Origin: a bacterium
Lineage (GTDB): Bacteria; Cyanobacteriota; Vampirovibrionia; Gastranaerophilales; JBAXKC01
Reading direction: 5' to 3'
Length of the DNA: 64,000 bases
Assembly (NCBI GenBank): GCA_037137535.1
Contig: JBAXKC010000003.1
Span: 1 to 64,000 of the forward strand
Shown: positions 42,262 to 52,419 of the stretch, piece by piece
Layout: each line of letters begins with the position of its first letter
Position numbering within the stretch: the stretch's first letter is position 1
Program-made: the position numbers and the translations under genes
Notes under the pieces: model-generated
What the model saw: only the letters and a program-made list of their open reading frames with translations
Database searches by the model: none
What the model was told of the DNA's origin: nothing

Positions 42262-44697
42262 ATGAAAATAGTTATTATCGGCGGTGTTGCAGGCGGAGCA
42301 AGCACAGCAGCAAGACTAAGAAGGCTTGATGAAAATGCAACTATTATTATGTTTGAAAGAGGTGAGCATGTTTCTTTTGCAAATTGCGGAATTCCTTATT
42401 ACTGCTCTGACGTTATTTCAGACAGAGAAAAACTGCTTGTTTCAACACCTAAAATGTTTGAAGAGCTTATGAACATTGAAGCAAGAACATTTTCTGAAGT
42501 AATTTCTATTAATAAAGATAAAAAAATAGTGACAATCAAAGATTTAAAAACAAATATAGAATACGAAGAAACCTATGACAAACTGGTTCTTTCTCCTGGT
42601 GCATTTCCTGTAAAGCCACCTATTGAAGGAATAAATGACGAAAGAATATTTACTGTAAGAAATTTAAATGATGCTGATAAAATCAAAAATTACATCAAAT
42701 CAAACAACTCAAAATTAGCTGTTGTAATAGGAGCAGGATTTATTGGCGTTGAAATGGCTGAAAATCTAAAGCATTTTGGACTTGATGTTTCTATAGTCGA
42801 ACTTTCAGAGCAGGTTATGACTCCTGTTGATACTGAAATTGCTTCATATATCCATAATCATTTAAGAGAACATGGAATTAATCTTTATTTAGGCGATGGA
42901 GTTAAAAGGTTTAAATCAGAAGGTAATTTAATAGTTGAATTAAATTCAAATAAAGAAATTCAAACTGATCTTGTTATTTTTGCAATCGGAGTAAGACCCG
43001 AAGTAAAACTGGCAAAAGATGCGGGATTAGAAATAGGTCAGACAGGCGGAATAAAAGTTAATGAATATATGACGACCTCTGACGATGAGATTTACGCTGT
43101 CGGAGATGCAGTTGAATCAACAGATGCCGTCATGAACAACTCCGCCTTAATTCCTCTTGCAGGCCCTGCAAACAGACAGGGACGAATTTGTGCTGATAAT
43201 ATAGCAGGAATTAAACATACTTATAAAGGTACTTTGGGCAGTTCTATTATAAAAATATTTGATTTAACTATTGCTTCCACAGGAAATAATGAAAAAAGCC
43301 TAAAAAGAAACGGAATAAATTATAAAAAAGTCTATATTCACGGATTATCACATGCAAGCTATTATCCTAAGGCTTTACCTATGATGCTTAAAGTTTTATT
43401 TTCAGAAACTGACGGTAAAATACTCGGAGCTCAAGCTGTTGGATATGAGGGAGTAGACAAAAGAATAGACGTAATTTCAACTGCTATTAAATTCAACGCA
43501 ACTATAAATGATTTAACAGAACTTGAATTAACCTATGCTCCTCCGTTCAATTCAGCTAAAGACCTTGTGAATTTAGCAGGAATGGCAGGGCAAAACGTTT
43601 TGGCAGATATTTATAAGCCTTTCTATATTGAAGAACTTGCTTCATTATCTTCGGGCAGTCTTATTATTGATGTAAGAAGTGAAATGGAAAGAACTCTAGG
43701 ATTTATTGATGATTCTCGTCATATTCCCCTTGAAGAAATCAGAACAAAATTAAATGAAATACCAAAAGATAAACAAATAATTCTTTATTGCTCAAAAGGC
43801 TTTAAAAGTTATATGGCGCAGAGAATTTTACAACAAAACGGTTATGATAATGTTTACAGTTTAAGCGGCGGTTATTTACTTTATAGAGAAATTAAAAAAG
43901 ATAAAAACCCTCCTCTAATCGAAGCTAAAAGCGCAGAAAACCTTCCCGCAAATGATAATACTCCTGTAACCGTTTCTCTTCAAATTGATGCTTGCGGAAT
44001 GCAATGCCCTGGGCCGATAATGAAAATTTCTAGCGCAATAAAAAATCTTCAAGAAAATGAAACTATTGAAATTAAAGTAACCGATCAGGGCTTTAAAAGC
44101 GATATCGTTTCATGGTGTAAGTCTACGGGAAATAATCTGATAAAAGTAAATTCTGAAGCAGGAATTATAAGCGCAATTGTTCAAAAGAAAACTGTAAATA
44201 ATAAGGAAAATGAATTAATGCATTCAAAAGACTCTAAAACCCTTGTTGTATTTAGTCAAGACTTAGATAAAGCCTTAGCGTCCTTTATAATAGCAAACGG
44301 AGCAGCTGCAACAGGTAAGAAAGTAACCATGTTCTTTACATTTTGGGGATTAAATGTTTTAAGACGTCCTGAAGCAGTAAAAACACAAAAAGGGCTTATT
44401 GACAGAATGTTTGGATTAATGATGCCTCGAGGAACAGAAAATTTAACTTTATCCAAAATGAATATGATGGGATTAGGCTCAATCATGATGCGTTGGGTGA
44501 TGAAAAATAAAAATGTTCAAACATTACAAGAGCTTATTGAACAGGCAAAACAAAACGGAGTTGAGCTTATTGCATGTCAAATGTCCCTTGACGTAATGGG
44601 TTTAAAACAAGAAGAACTGATTGATGGCGTAACTATAGGCGGAGTTGCAAATTATATAGAAAAAGCTGAAAATTCAGATGTTAATCTCTTTATTTAA
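42262..44697 (+). CDS. CoA-disulfide/persulfide reductase fused to rhodanese, TusA/SirA and DsrE2-like domains
   Basis: GGVAGG, SFANCG, YAPPF; LYCSKG rhodanese; DACGMQCPGP TusA; FFTFWG and ACQMS DsrE. Confidence 0.92.
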   Translation: MKIVIIGGVAGGASTAARLRRLDENATIIMFERGEHVSFANCGIPYYCSDVISDREKLLVSTPKMFEELMNIEARTFSEVISINKDKKIVTIKDLKTNIEYEETYDKLVLSPGAFPVKPPIEGINDERIFTVRNLNDADKIKNYIKSNNSKLAVVIGAGFIGVEMAENLKHFGLDVSIVELSEQVMTPVDTEIASYIHNHLREHGINLYLGDGVKRFKSEGNLIVELNSNKEIQTDLVIFAIGVRPEVKLAKDAGLEIGQTGGIKVNEYMTTSDDEIYAVGDAVESTDAVMNNSALIPLAGPANRQGRICADNIAGIKHTYKGTLGSSIIKIFDLTIASTGNNEKSLKRNGINYKKVYIHGLSHASYYPKALPMMLKVLFSETDGKILGAQAVGYEGVDKRIDVISTAIKFNATINDLTELELTYAPPFNSAKDLVNLAGMAGQNVLADIYKPFYIEELASLSSGSLIIDVRSEMERTLGFIDDSRHIPLEEIRTKLNEIPKDKQIILYCSKGFKSYMAQRILQQNGYDNVYSLSGGYLLYREIKKDKNPPLIEAKSAENLPANDNTPVTVSLQIDACGMQCPGPIMKISSAIKNLQENETIEIKVTDQGFKSDIVSWCKSTGNNLIKVNSEAGIISAIVQKKTVNNKENELMHSKDSKTLVVFSQDLDKALASFIIANGAAATGKKVTMFFTFWGLNVLRRPEAVKTQKGLIDRMFGLMMPRGTENLTLSKMNMMGLGSIMMRWVMKNKNVQTLQELIEQAKQNGVELIACQMSLDVMGLKQEELIDGVTIGGVANYIEKAENSDVNLFI

Positions 44698-45601
44698 AAG
44701 AGTTAAAAGCATCTTCTTTTCCTCTGAAAATAGAAATAACATTATTTAAAAACACATAAGAAAAGGCCTGATTAACTGCACCGGATACATTGCAAAGCAT
44801 AAAGCTTCCTTTGGCTTCGGTGCATAGTTTATAGGCAAATACAATAAGCTCTATGCCCTGTGAATCTATTTTGGCTATGTCTTTCATGTCTAAAACAATA
44901 TTTGATAAGCCTCTGTTTGTAAGCGTGAGGATTTCTTTTTGAAGCTCTTGCCTTACTGCTGTCTTAGTAAGATTTTTAGCTCTTATATAAGCAAGTTTTT
45001 TTTCTTCATCAACTATATCAATATAAAAATCAGAGATAGCCCCACTTTTTTCAGAGTCTATTTGTCTTAAATGTCTTAAAATATTTTTATGCCACTCAGC
45101 ATCTTTTTTTACAAATTCGCTTGCACCTGATTGATAACATTTTTGAACAAGCTCATTGCTGTCAGTTCCTGAAATCATAATTACTTTTGTATTATCAGTA
45201 ATCGTTTTTTCAAGTAAAACAATAGATTTTAATAACTCTATTCCTTCGTCAGGTTCGGGAAGGAATAAATCTAAAAGAACATAGTCATAACCATGTTTTT
45301 GGTATTTATCTAATGCTTCTTCTTTGCTTCTGGCGATATGAACGGTATAGCCGCATTTTGTGAGTAATAGACTTAATTGATGAAGCGAAAGCTCTAAATC
45401 ATCAACAATAAGAACGTAAGCTTTTTGATTTAAACAAAGTAAACTTTTTTCCTCTGTATGAGGATTTATTTTTTTTTCAAGCTCCACAACTACCCTGTTA
45501 ATATCTTCAGCAGTTATATTGTCAGGTTTTATAACACCTGCCAATTGAAAAAGTTTTTCTAATTGAACTTGATTAATTATTGTCATTATTTTTTTATCCA
45601 C
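44690..45601 (-). CDS. Response regulator receiver + STAS (anti-sigma antagonist) protein
   Basis: LIVDD, LLDLFLP, GASEFVKK; IVLDMKDI..IDSQGI. Confidence 0.85.
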   Translation of the reverse strand: MDKKIMTIINQVQLEKLFQLAGVIKPDNITAEDINRVVVELEKKINPHTEEKSLLCLNQKAYVLIVDDLELSLHQLSLLLTKCGYTVHIARSKEEALDKYQKHGYDYVLLDLFLPEPDEGIELLKSIVLLEKTITDNTKVIMISGTDSNELVQKCYQSGASEFVKKDAEWHKNILRHLRQIDSEKSGAISDFYIDIVDEEKKLAYIRAKNLTKTAVRQELQKEILTLTNRGLSNIVLDMKDIAKIDSQGIELIVFAYKLCTEAKGSFMLCNVSGAVNQAFSYVFLNNVISIFRGKEDAFNSFK

Positions 45602-45744
45602 CCTTAGGTATTTTTTTAAGGAGATAAAACCCCTTACTTATATATTATAAAATAATAGGCTTTTTTTCAAACATGAGATATTTTTTATTGTAAACTATTA
45701 CTAGAAAGTAATATACTGGGATGTAAAATTAAGAAGAGAACTAA

Positions 45745-46998
45745 ATGAAAAAGAAAACAGTTTTGCCCAATGGAATAAAATTAATAACAGAATATATGCC
45801 TGAAGCCTATTCTGCTACTGTAATGGTTTGGGCGGCTGCCGGTCCTGATATTGAAAACGAGAAAAATAACGGCATTTCTCACTTTATAGAGCATCTTCTT
45901 TTTAAAGGAACTGAAACAAGAAACCCAAAACAGATTGTTGAAGCTGTAGAAAATCGTGGCGGAAGCATAAATGCTTTTACTGATAAGGATTTTACCTGTT
46001 ATTATGCAAAAGTGCTTAAAGAAGAAAGCGCTGTTACTGTTGATGTTTTACTTGATATGGTCTTTAATTCAAAACTTGATAAAAATGATATTGAAATTGA
46101 AAGAAAAGTAATTCTTGAAGAAATAAAAATGTATGAAGATGCTCCAGATGAATTAGTTTATGATTTATTTTTAAAATCATACTGGAATGATCATCCGCTG
46201 GGGCAACCTATTACGGGAACGCTGAAAAGCGTTTCAAAAATTACCCGAGATGATATTTTAGAATTTATGGGACAAAATTATACTCCCGATAATATTCTTA
46301 TTTCTGTAGCGGGAAATTTTGACGAAAATCAAATTCTTGATGCGATAAATGAAAAAACTTTTCATCTTAAATCCACAGGTCAAAAACATGTTTTAACCTG
46401 TCCTAATATAAGCCCAAAAATTAATTTCACTAAAAAAGATATTGAACAGGCTCACATCTGTATAGGCTCAAAAGCTGTTTCTTTATTCGATGATAGTAGA
46501 TATATTCTTGCTCTTATGGATATTTGTTTAGGCGGAGGAATGGCTTCAAGGCTGTTTCAGGAAATAAGAGAAAAAAGAGGATTAGTTTATTCTATAAATA
46601 CTTACGAAGCCTTATACAGACAAACAGGTGTCTTTGGTGCTTATGCTGCAACAAATCCCGAAAATGCCGATGAAGTAATAAAGTTAGTAATAGAAGAATT
46701 TAATAAGCTCAAAGTTGATGGACTTATCGAAGACGAACTTGAAAAAGCAAAATCTCAAATAAAAGGAAATTTATTAATAGGTCTTGAATCTACAAAATTC
46801 AGAGCAAGCAGAAATGCTCGTTCAGAGCTTTATTTTAATAGAGATTTTGATATACAGGAAATTTGCTCAATGATTGAAAATGTTACGGATAAAGATGTAA
46901 TTGATCTTGCAAATCAGGTATTAGATCCTAAAAATATGGCAATAACAGTAGTAGGTCCTAAAAAAACTGTTTTTAACAAAACAAGTCTGCCTTGCTAA
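45745..46998 (+). CDS. M16 family zinc peptidase
   Basis: HFIEHLLFKGT, NAFT, GGGMASRLFQEIRE.RGL.Y. Confidence 0.95.
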   Translation: MKKKTVLPNGIKLITEYMPEAYSATVMVWAAAGPDIENEKNNGISHFIEHLLFKGTETRNPKQIVEAVENRGGSINAFTDKDFTCYYAKVLKEESAVTVDVLLDMVFNSKLDKNDIEIERKVILEEIKMYEDAPDELVYDLFLKSYWNDHPLGQPITGTLKSVSKITRDDILEFMGQNYTPDNILISVAGNFDENQILDAINEKTFHLKSTGQKHVLTCPNISPKINFTKKDIEQAHICIGSKAVSLFDDSRYILALMDICLGGGMASRLFQEIREKRGLVYSINTYEALYRQTGVFGAYAATNPENADEVIKLVIEEFNKLKVDGLIEDELEKAKSQIKGNLLIGLESTKFRASRNARSELYFNRDFDIQEICSMIENVTDKDVIDLANQVLDPKNMAITVVGPKKTVFNKTSLPC

Positions 46999-47009
46999 GA
47001 GGAAAACAC

Positions 47010-47456
47010 ATGAATGAAACTATAAATCTTAAAATCAAAAAACTTCCGCATAATATAAGTTTACCTGAATATGCAACTGAAGGTTCAGCAGGAATGGATT
47101 TAACAGCGGCAATACTTGAACCGTTAGAATTTAAACCTTTCGAGAGAAAACTTGTTCCTACAGGAATAATCATTGAACTTCCTAAAGGATTTGAAGCACA
47201 GGTAAGACCTCGATCCGGGCTTTCAATAAAGCATGGAATGACTCTTGTTAATTGCGTAGGAACTATTGACGAAGATTATCGTGGTGAAGTTTGCGTTCCA
47301 ATGATTAATCTTTCAACAGAAATTTATACTATAAACGCAGGTGATAGAATTGCTCAAATGGTTATAGCTCCAGTCCAAAAGGCCAATATAATTGAAGTTC
47401 AAATGGTTTCTGAAACTGAAAGAGCTTGTGGCGGTTTTGGCTCAACCGGTAAATAA
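47010..47456 (+). CDS. dut: dUTPase
   Basis: GSAGMDL, RPRSGL, GTIDEDYRGE, GGFGSTG; ATG 47010. Confidence 0.97.
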   Translation: MNETINLKIKKLPHNISLPEYATEGSAGMDLTAAILEPLEFKPFERKLVPTGIIIELPKGFEAQVRPRSGLSIKHGMTLVNCVGTIDEDYRGEVCVPMINLSTEIYTINAGDRIAQMVIAPVQKANIIEVQMVSETERACGGFGSTGK

Positions 47457-47457
47457 A

Positions 47458-48513
47458 ATGATTAAAAGAAGAGTTTCAAAAAAAATAAGACTTGGAAGTA
47501 TAGAAATAGGTGGAGATAGCCCTATTTCAGTTCAATCAATGACAAATACAGACACAAGAGATGTACAATCTACTGTTTGCCAAATAAAAGAACTTGAAAA
47601 AGCAGGTTGTGAAATTATTAGAGTTGCTGTATTAAATCAAGAAGCTGCTGATGCAATGAGTGAAATAAAAAGAAGAATTAATATTCCTCTTATTGCTGAT
47701 ATTCATTTTGATTACAGACTTGCAATATCCTCCATTAAAAATGGAGTAGACGGATTAAGGCTTAATCCCGGAAATATAGGAAAAAGAGAATTCGTTGAAA
47801 AAGTTGTAAATATTGCAAAAGAACGTGAAATCCCTATCAGAATAGGCGTAAACTCGGGGTCTTTAGAAAAAGATCTTTCCCATAAAAAAGAAGATTTACC
47901 GAATAGTCTTACAGAAAGTGCTTTAAGGCACATAAAAATACTGGAAGAACTTGATTTTAATCTTATTAAGGTTTCCTTGAAATCCAGTGACGTAGCTGTA
48001 ATGATAAGAGCATACGAAAAAATAGCCTCAATTATCGACTATCCTTTACATTTGGGCGTTACAGAGGCTGGTACATTCAAATCAGGGCTTGTTAAATCTT
48101 CTGTAGGTATAGGTTCTTTGCTTTCTCAAGGAATCGGCGACACTATAAGAGTTTCTCTTACTGAAAACCCTGTTGAAGAAATTCATGCAGGATTTGAAAT
48201 ATTAAAATCATTAAACCTAAGAGAAAAAGGCATTAATTTTATAAGCTGTCCTACATGCGGAAGATGTCAGATAGATCTTATTAATCTTGCAAAAGCCGTT
48301 GAAACAAGGTTTGAGTCAATTGAAAAGCCGATTACAATTGCTGTTATGGGTTGTGCCGTCAACGGACCCGGTGAAGCAAAAGCTGCTGATATTGGAATAG
48401 CAGGCGGAATAGGCGAAGCTTATATTTTTAAACATGGTGAAATAATCAGAAAAGTTGCTGAAAATGAAATAATTACAGCACTAGAAGAAGAAATAAAAGA
48501 CTTAATAAAATAA
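47458..48513 (+). CDS. ispG: HMBPP synthase
   Basis: VQSMTNT, ADIHF, RIGVNSGSL, CPTCGR, MGCAVNGPGEA; ATG 47458. Confidence 0.97.
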   Translation: MIKRRVSKKIRLGSIEIGGDSPISVQSMTNTDTRDVQSTVCQIKELEKAGCEIIRVAVLNQEAADAMSEIKRRINIPLIADIHFDYRLAISSIKNGVDGLRLNPGNIGKREFVEKVVNIAKEREIPIRIGVNSGSLEKDLSHKKEDLPNSLTESALRHIKILEELDFNLIKVSLKSSDVAVMIRAYEKIASIIDYPLHLGVTEAGTFKSGLVKSSVGIGSLLSQGIGDTIRVSLTENPVEEIHAGFEILKSLNLREKGINFISCPTCGRCQIDLINLAKAVETRFESIEKPITIAVMGCAVNGPGEAKAADIGIAGGIGEAYIFKHGEIIRKVAENEIITALEEEIKDLIK

Positions 48514-48686
48514 AGTTTATTTTATCAAAAGTTAGAGTTTATAACGCTTTTGCTCCCTCTAGCTAAATTTATATTCCTAAACTTTTATAAATTTATAAAA
48601 AATACATTCAAAGTATAGCAATCTTATATACTTTAATGTTTTTATATAAATATGAATTAAAAATAAAATATGGGGTTTTAGGAATT

Positions 48687-49190
48687 ATGAGTTTTAACGT
48701 TTTCAATCAAACACAAGTAAACAAGGCTATGTTTAAACCATTATCTGGTGAATCAAATTTTACACAACAAAATCAAAATAAACCTGCTGAGAAAAATTCG
48801 ATTTTTTCAAATAATAACAGTACCTTAATTGCCAGCAACGGAAGACTCATGGGTGGTGGACGTATAACAAATGAAACTAATGATTTTTCCGCTCATGGTG
48901 TTGCAGGTGGTGATGATGGCTCTCATTTTTATGATATTGGGCCAAAAGATAGTCTTGGAGGATGGGGAACACAAGTCGATATTGATGGAATATATTTAGA
49001 CGGAGATAAGACTTATCAATGGAATGGTAAAACCTTCAAAGGAAAAGACAAACCTGAAGATGGAATTAAATTCAATGATACTCAAGCTATAACCGTCAAA
49101 AATGGTCCTAATGGTACTATAATCTTAGAAGGCGGCGGTCAATATATAGAAAATCTAACAAAAAAAATTACAGGTAGAGATCATAGATAA
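48687..49190 (+). CDS. Hypothetical protein, N/Q-rich leader and G/D-rich beta domain
   Basis: ATG 48687 after AGGA (ORF track 48636); no family recognised. Confidence 0.75.
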   Translation: MSFNVFNQTQVNKAMFKPLSGESNFTQQNQNKPAEKNSIFSNNNSTLIASNGRLMGGGRITNETNDFSAHGVAGGDDGSHFYDIGPKDSLGGWGTQVDIDGIYLDGDKTYQWNGKTFKGKDKPEDGIKFNDTQAITVKNGPNGTIILEGGGQYIENLTKKITGRDHR

Positions 49191-49198
49191 TTAAAAAT

Positions 49199-49232
49199 AA
49201 AAGAATCGACTTCAGAAAAAGTCGATTCTTTT
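49199..49232. terminator. Bidirectional terminator
   Basis: AAAGAATCGACTT...AAGTCGATTCTTT. Confidence 0.85.
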
Positions 49233-49249
49233 AGAAATAGATGAAAAAG

Positions 49250-50437
49250 TTATTGTTGAGCTAAATATTCTTCTGTTCCTCGAGCTATTGCTTTTACAAG
49301 TTTTGCTTTTAGTTGAGGGTCTGTAAAAACCTTAGTATCTTCTTTATTTGAAATAAAAGCTGTTTCTACTAATACAGTGGACTCTCCGGCTCTTCTAATG
49401 TATTTTGCTCTTGATGTACTTGCAGCTTTTACTCCTCTGTCCCAGTTAGAACAATGAGACTCAAATTCAACACCTAACTCTTTTTTAATATTTTTATATA
49501 TTGTGTTCGCCAGTTTATAGCTTTCATTTGATGACTCAGCATATATTTCAAGGCCGCAAACGGATTTATCATCAGTTGAATTAGCATGAATGCTTATGAA
49601 AGAGTCATGATTATCTTTATATTTATCTATATATGTTGGGAAATTATTTAAATAATCAGCATCTCTTGTTAATTGAACATTAATTTTATGATCTTCTAAT
49701 GTCTGTTTAACTTCCTTTGATACTTCTAAGGCGATATCTTTTTCTCGTAATCCATTGTCGACAGCACCGAAGTCTTTTCCTCCATGCCCGGGGTCAATAA
49801 CAACTTTCATACCTGCAAGTTCATTATATCTTGTATCATTCTTTTGTATTGTTTGATGTGGCTGTCTTTGTTCTAGGTATTGTTGAGTTCCTTGAAATTT
49901 TGGAGGTGTTTCTGCTTCATTGTCAAAATTTCTAATTTGAGTTTGTACTTGCTCTGTTTTAGGGGCTTCATCAAGAGAAGGAGTATAGGCTTGGGATTCT
50001 TTGCCTACAAATTTACCGGCTAAAGAGGTGCATAAGGCTCCGACGGTAAGTAAGGATGTAATTCCTGCTGCTTTTACCATTAATGAGTCATTGGACTTGG
50101 CTTGTTTTTTTCGTACTGAGCCACTGCTGTCCCATGTTAAGGGTTTTTTACTTTTTGGGGGTTCTTTTTCCTCCGGAACTTCATCAATATCGTCCCAAGT
50201 TTCTATTTGTTTTGCTTTTTTTTCAGAAACTTCTTCGTCTTCATCATCCCCCCACTCTCCAAGATTTGTTTTTTGCTTGGTTGAAGGAACAAATTCGTCT
50301 GACGTTGCGGCTTGTCTGTGAATAGGTCTCTCATTATTGTCTTTTTTGCTTAACCCGAATGCAATTGCTGAATTTTTATTCGGATTTTTTAAATTACCCA
50401 AATTACCCAAATTACCCATACTCACAAAATTAATCAT
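49250..50437 (-). CDS. N-acetylmuramoyl-L-alanine amidase (Amidase_3) with long disordered N-terminus and internal TM helix
   Basis: VVIDPGHGG.D.GA, EK, LTR, FISIHANS, VLVETAFISN. Confidence 0.9.
   Translation of the reverse strand: MINFVSMGNLGNLGNLKNPNKNSAIAFGLSKKDNNERPIHRQAATSDEFVPSTKQKTNLGEWGDDEDEEVSEKKAKQIETWDDIDEVPEEKEPPKSKKPLTWDSSGSVRKKQAKSNDSLMVKAAGITSLLTVGALCTSLAGKFVGKESQAYTPSLDEAPKTEQVQTQIRNFDNEAETPPKFQGTQQYLEQRQPHQTIQKNDTRYNELAGMKVVIDPGHGGKDFGAVDNGLREKDIALEVSKEVKQTLEDHKINVQLTRDADYLNNFPTYIDKYKDNHDSFISIHANSTDDKSVCGLEIYAESSNESYKLANTIYKNIKKELGVEFESHCSNWDRGVKAASTSRAKYIRRAGESTVLVETAFISNKEDTKVFTDPQLKAKLVKAIARGTEEYLAQQ
50391..50417 (+). repeat. 9-bp in-frame tandem repeat, three copies
   Basis: (AAATTACCC)3 encodes GNLGNLGNL on the minus strand. 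Confidence 0.85.
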
Positions 50438-50521
50438 ATAAGTTGCCCTATTCTATTTTTTAACTCTCTCGAATGCTTTAAAACAGGACAAACTTTTATT
50501 TGATAGTGTGTTTAAAAAAAA

Positions 50522-50929
50522 TTAAAGTTGATGTTCTTTTATATCAAATTCTTCAATCTTAGAAATTACAAATTCATCAATAAATTTATACAGCTCAATC
50601 AATCTATTTTTATCGGTTAAGTGCAAGTATCCTATTAATGCCTCAAAAGCCGTACTTAATCTGTGAATTTTATGATTTGTACGTCTTGAGGTTGTAACGG
50701 TAAGATTTCTGCCTCTTCTTATTATTTCAGATTCTTCTTCTGTAACAAATTCATTAATTTTATCAAGCAAATAAGCCTGAAACTCCGCATTAACAACAGA
50801 AACTGTTATTTTGTGGAGTTTTTCAGGCTTAGTTATTATAAATACAGTTTTTTCTCTTATATAAAGCTCATATACAGCATCACCTATATGAGCCAATGCT
50901 CTTAATGGCAAATTTTCTACATTATTCAT
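50522..50929 (-). CDS. mrnC: Mini-ribonuclease III
   Basis: LAHIGDAVYEL, RRGRN, TAFEALIGYL; follows cysS. Confidence 0.93.
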   Translation of the reverse strand: MNNVENLPLRALAHIGDAVYELYIREKTVFIITKPEKLHKITVSVVNAEFQAYLLDKINEFVTEEESEIIRRGRNLTVTTSRRTNHKIHRLSTAFEALIGYLHLTDKNRLIELYKFIDEFVISKIEEFDIKEHQL

Positions 50930-52409
50930 CTATCGTCCAGGTTGTTCCTTCTTTTGTATCTTTAAGGGTTACGCCTATATCTTTTAATCCGTCTCTGATT
51001 TTATCGGATAAAGCCCAGTTCTTTTCAGCTCTAACGTCTTTTCTTAAAGAAATAATAAAATCCATAAGTTTTTCTGTTAAAGCATTATCGATTGTTGAAG
51101 TTTTGTTTAATTCAAAGCCTAGAACACTTGATAATTTAATTAGTAATGCAAGATATAAAGCACTCTCCAGTTTTTTGTCTTTGGCTTTTTGAGCAAGTGA
51201 TGCTACTTCAAATAAAACAGCAAGAGCTTTTGAAGTATTAAAATCTTCATCCATAGAATTAATAAAAAGCTTTATTTGTTTAATGATATTTGCCAGTAGT
51301 TCTTCTTTAAGCTCATCGCTCACTAAAGCATCCATTTTGCAGAAAGGAATACTTTCTTCTTTTAACATTTCATCAGTTATTATATTAATAAATTCTTCGG
51401 CTTTTAATACAGTTTCCTGATTAAGTACATTGCTAACGTCAGTATAAGCGTTTAAAAGTCTTTTGACACCTGATTTAGCTGCTTTTAATGATTCATCATT
51501 AAACTCTATCGGCATTCTGTAATTATTGGTAAGAATGAAAAGCCTTATAGCATTAGAGTCGTATTTTTCTAACACATCATTAATTGTAACGAAGTTATTT
51601 AATGATTTAGACATTTTTTCATTGCCGATTATAACGAAGCCGTTATGCATCCAGTATTTTGCGAACGGTTTGTCAAAAGCAGCTTCTGATTGAGCTTTCT
51701 CATTTTCATGGTGAGGGAATACAAGGTCTTGACCACCTGCATGAATATCTATTGTTTCACCAAGATGTTTCTTAATCATAGCGGAGCATTCAATATGCCA
51801 TCCCGGTCTGCCTTTCCCCCAAGGACTTTCCCATCCTGGTTCGTCTTGTGATTTAACCGCTTTCCATAGCGTAAAATCCATAGGATCTTCTTTAATTTCA
51901 GAAGATTCAACTCTTGCTCCCGACCTTAAATCATCAAGATTCTGCTTGCTCAAGCGTCCGTAGTTTGGGTAGCTTCCGACTTTAAAATAAACATCACCGT
52001 TTGAAGTATACGCAAGGCCTTTGTCAATAAGAATTTTAGTGATATTTATCATCTCATCGATTGTTTCGGTTGCTCTAGGCTCAATATCAGGCGATGCAAT
52101 GTTTAATTTTGCCATAGCCTCTTTAAATTCGTTATAATAGGTGTCTGCTATTTGCTCAATAGAAAGACTGTTTGCTTTTGCTTTATTTATGATTTTATCG
52201 TCAACATCGGTAACATTTCTTACATAAGTTACTTCGTATCCTTTAAATCTAAAATATCTGACCACCATATCCCATGTTATGTAACATCTGGCATGTCCAA
52301 GATGTGGGAAGTCATATACAGTAGGCCCGCAAACATATATTTTAATTTTATTTTCTTCTATAGTTTTAAATTCTTTAAGCTCTTGCGATAATGTATCGTA
52401 TATTTTCAT
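50922..52409 (-). CDS. cysS: Cysteine--tRNA ligase
   Basis: YVCGPTVY, HLGH, GRPGWHIECSAM, KMSKS. Confidence 0.98.
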   Translation of the reverse strand: MKIYDTLSQELKEFKTIEENKIKIYVCGPTVYDFPHLGHARCYITWDMVVRYFRFKGYEVTYVRNVTDVDDKIINKAKANSLSIEQIADTYYNEFKEAMAKLNIASPDIEPRATETIDEMINITKILIDKGLAYTSNGDVYFKVGSYPNYGRLSKQNLDDLRSGARVESSEIKEDPMDFTLWKAVKSQDEPGWESPWGKGRPGWHIECSAMIKKHLGETIDIHAGGQDLVFPHHENEKAQSEAAFDKPFAKYWMHNGFVIIGNEKMSKSLNNFVTINDVLEKYDSNAIRLFILTNNYRMPIEFNDESLKAAKSGVKRLLNAYTDVSNVLNQETVLKAEEFINIITDEMLKEESIPFCKMDALVSDELKEELLANIIKQIKLFINSMDEDFNTSKALAVLFEVASLAQKAKDKKLESALYLALLIKLSSVLGFELNKTSTIDNALTEKLMDFIISLRKDVRAEKNWALSDKIRDGLKDIGVTLKDTKEGTTWTIDE

Positions 52410-52419
52410 AAGACGTTAC

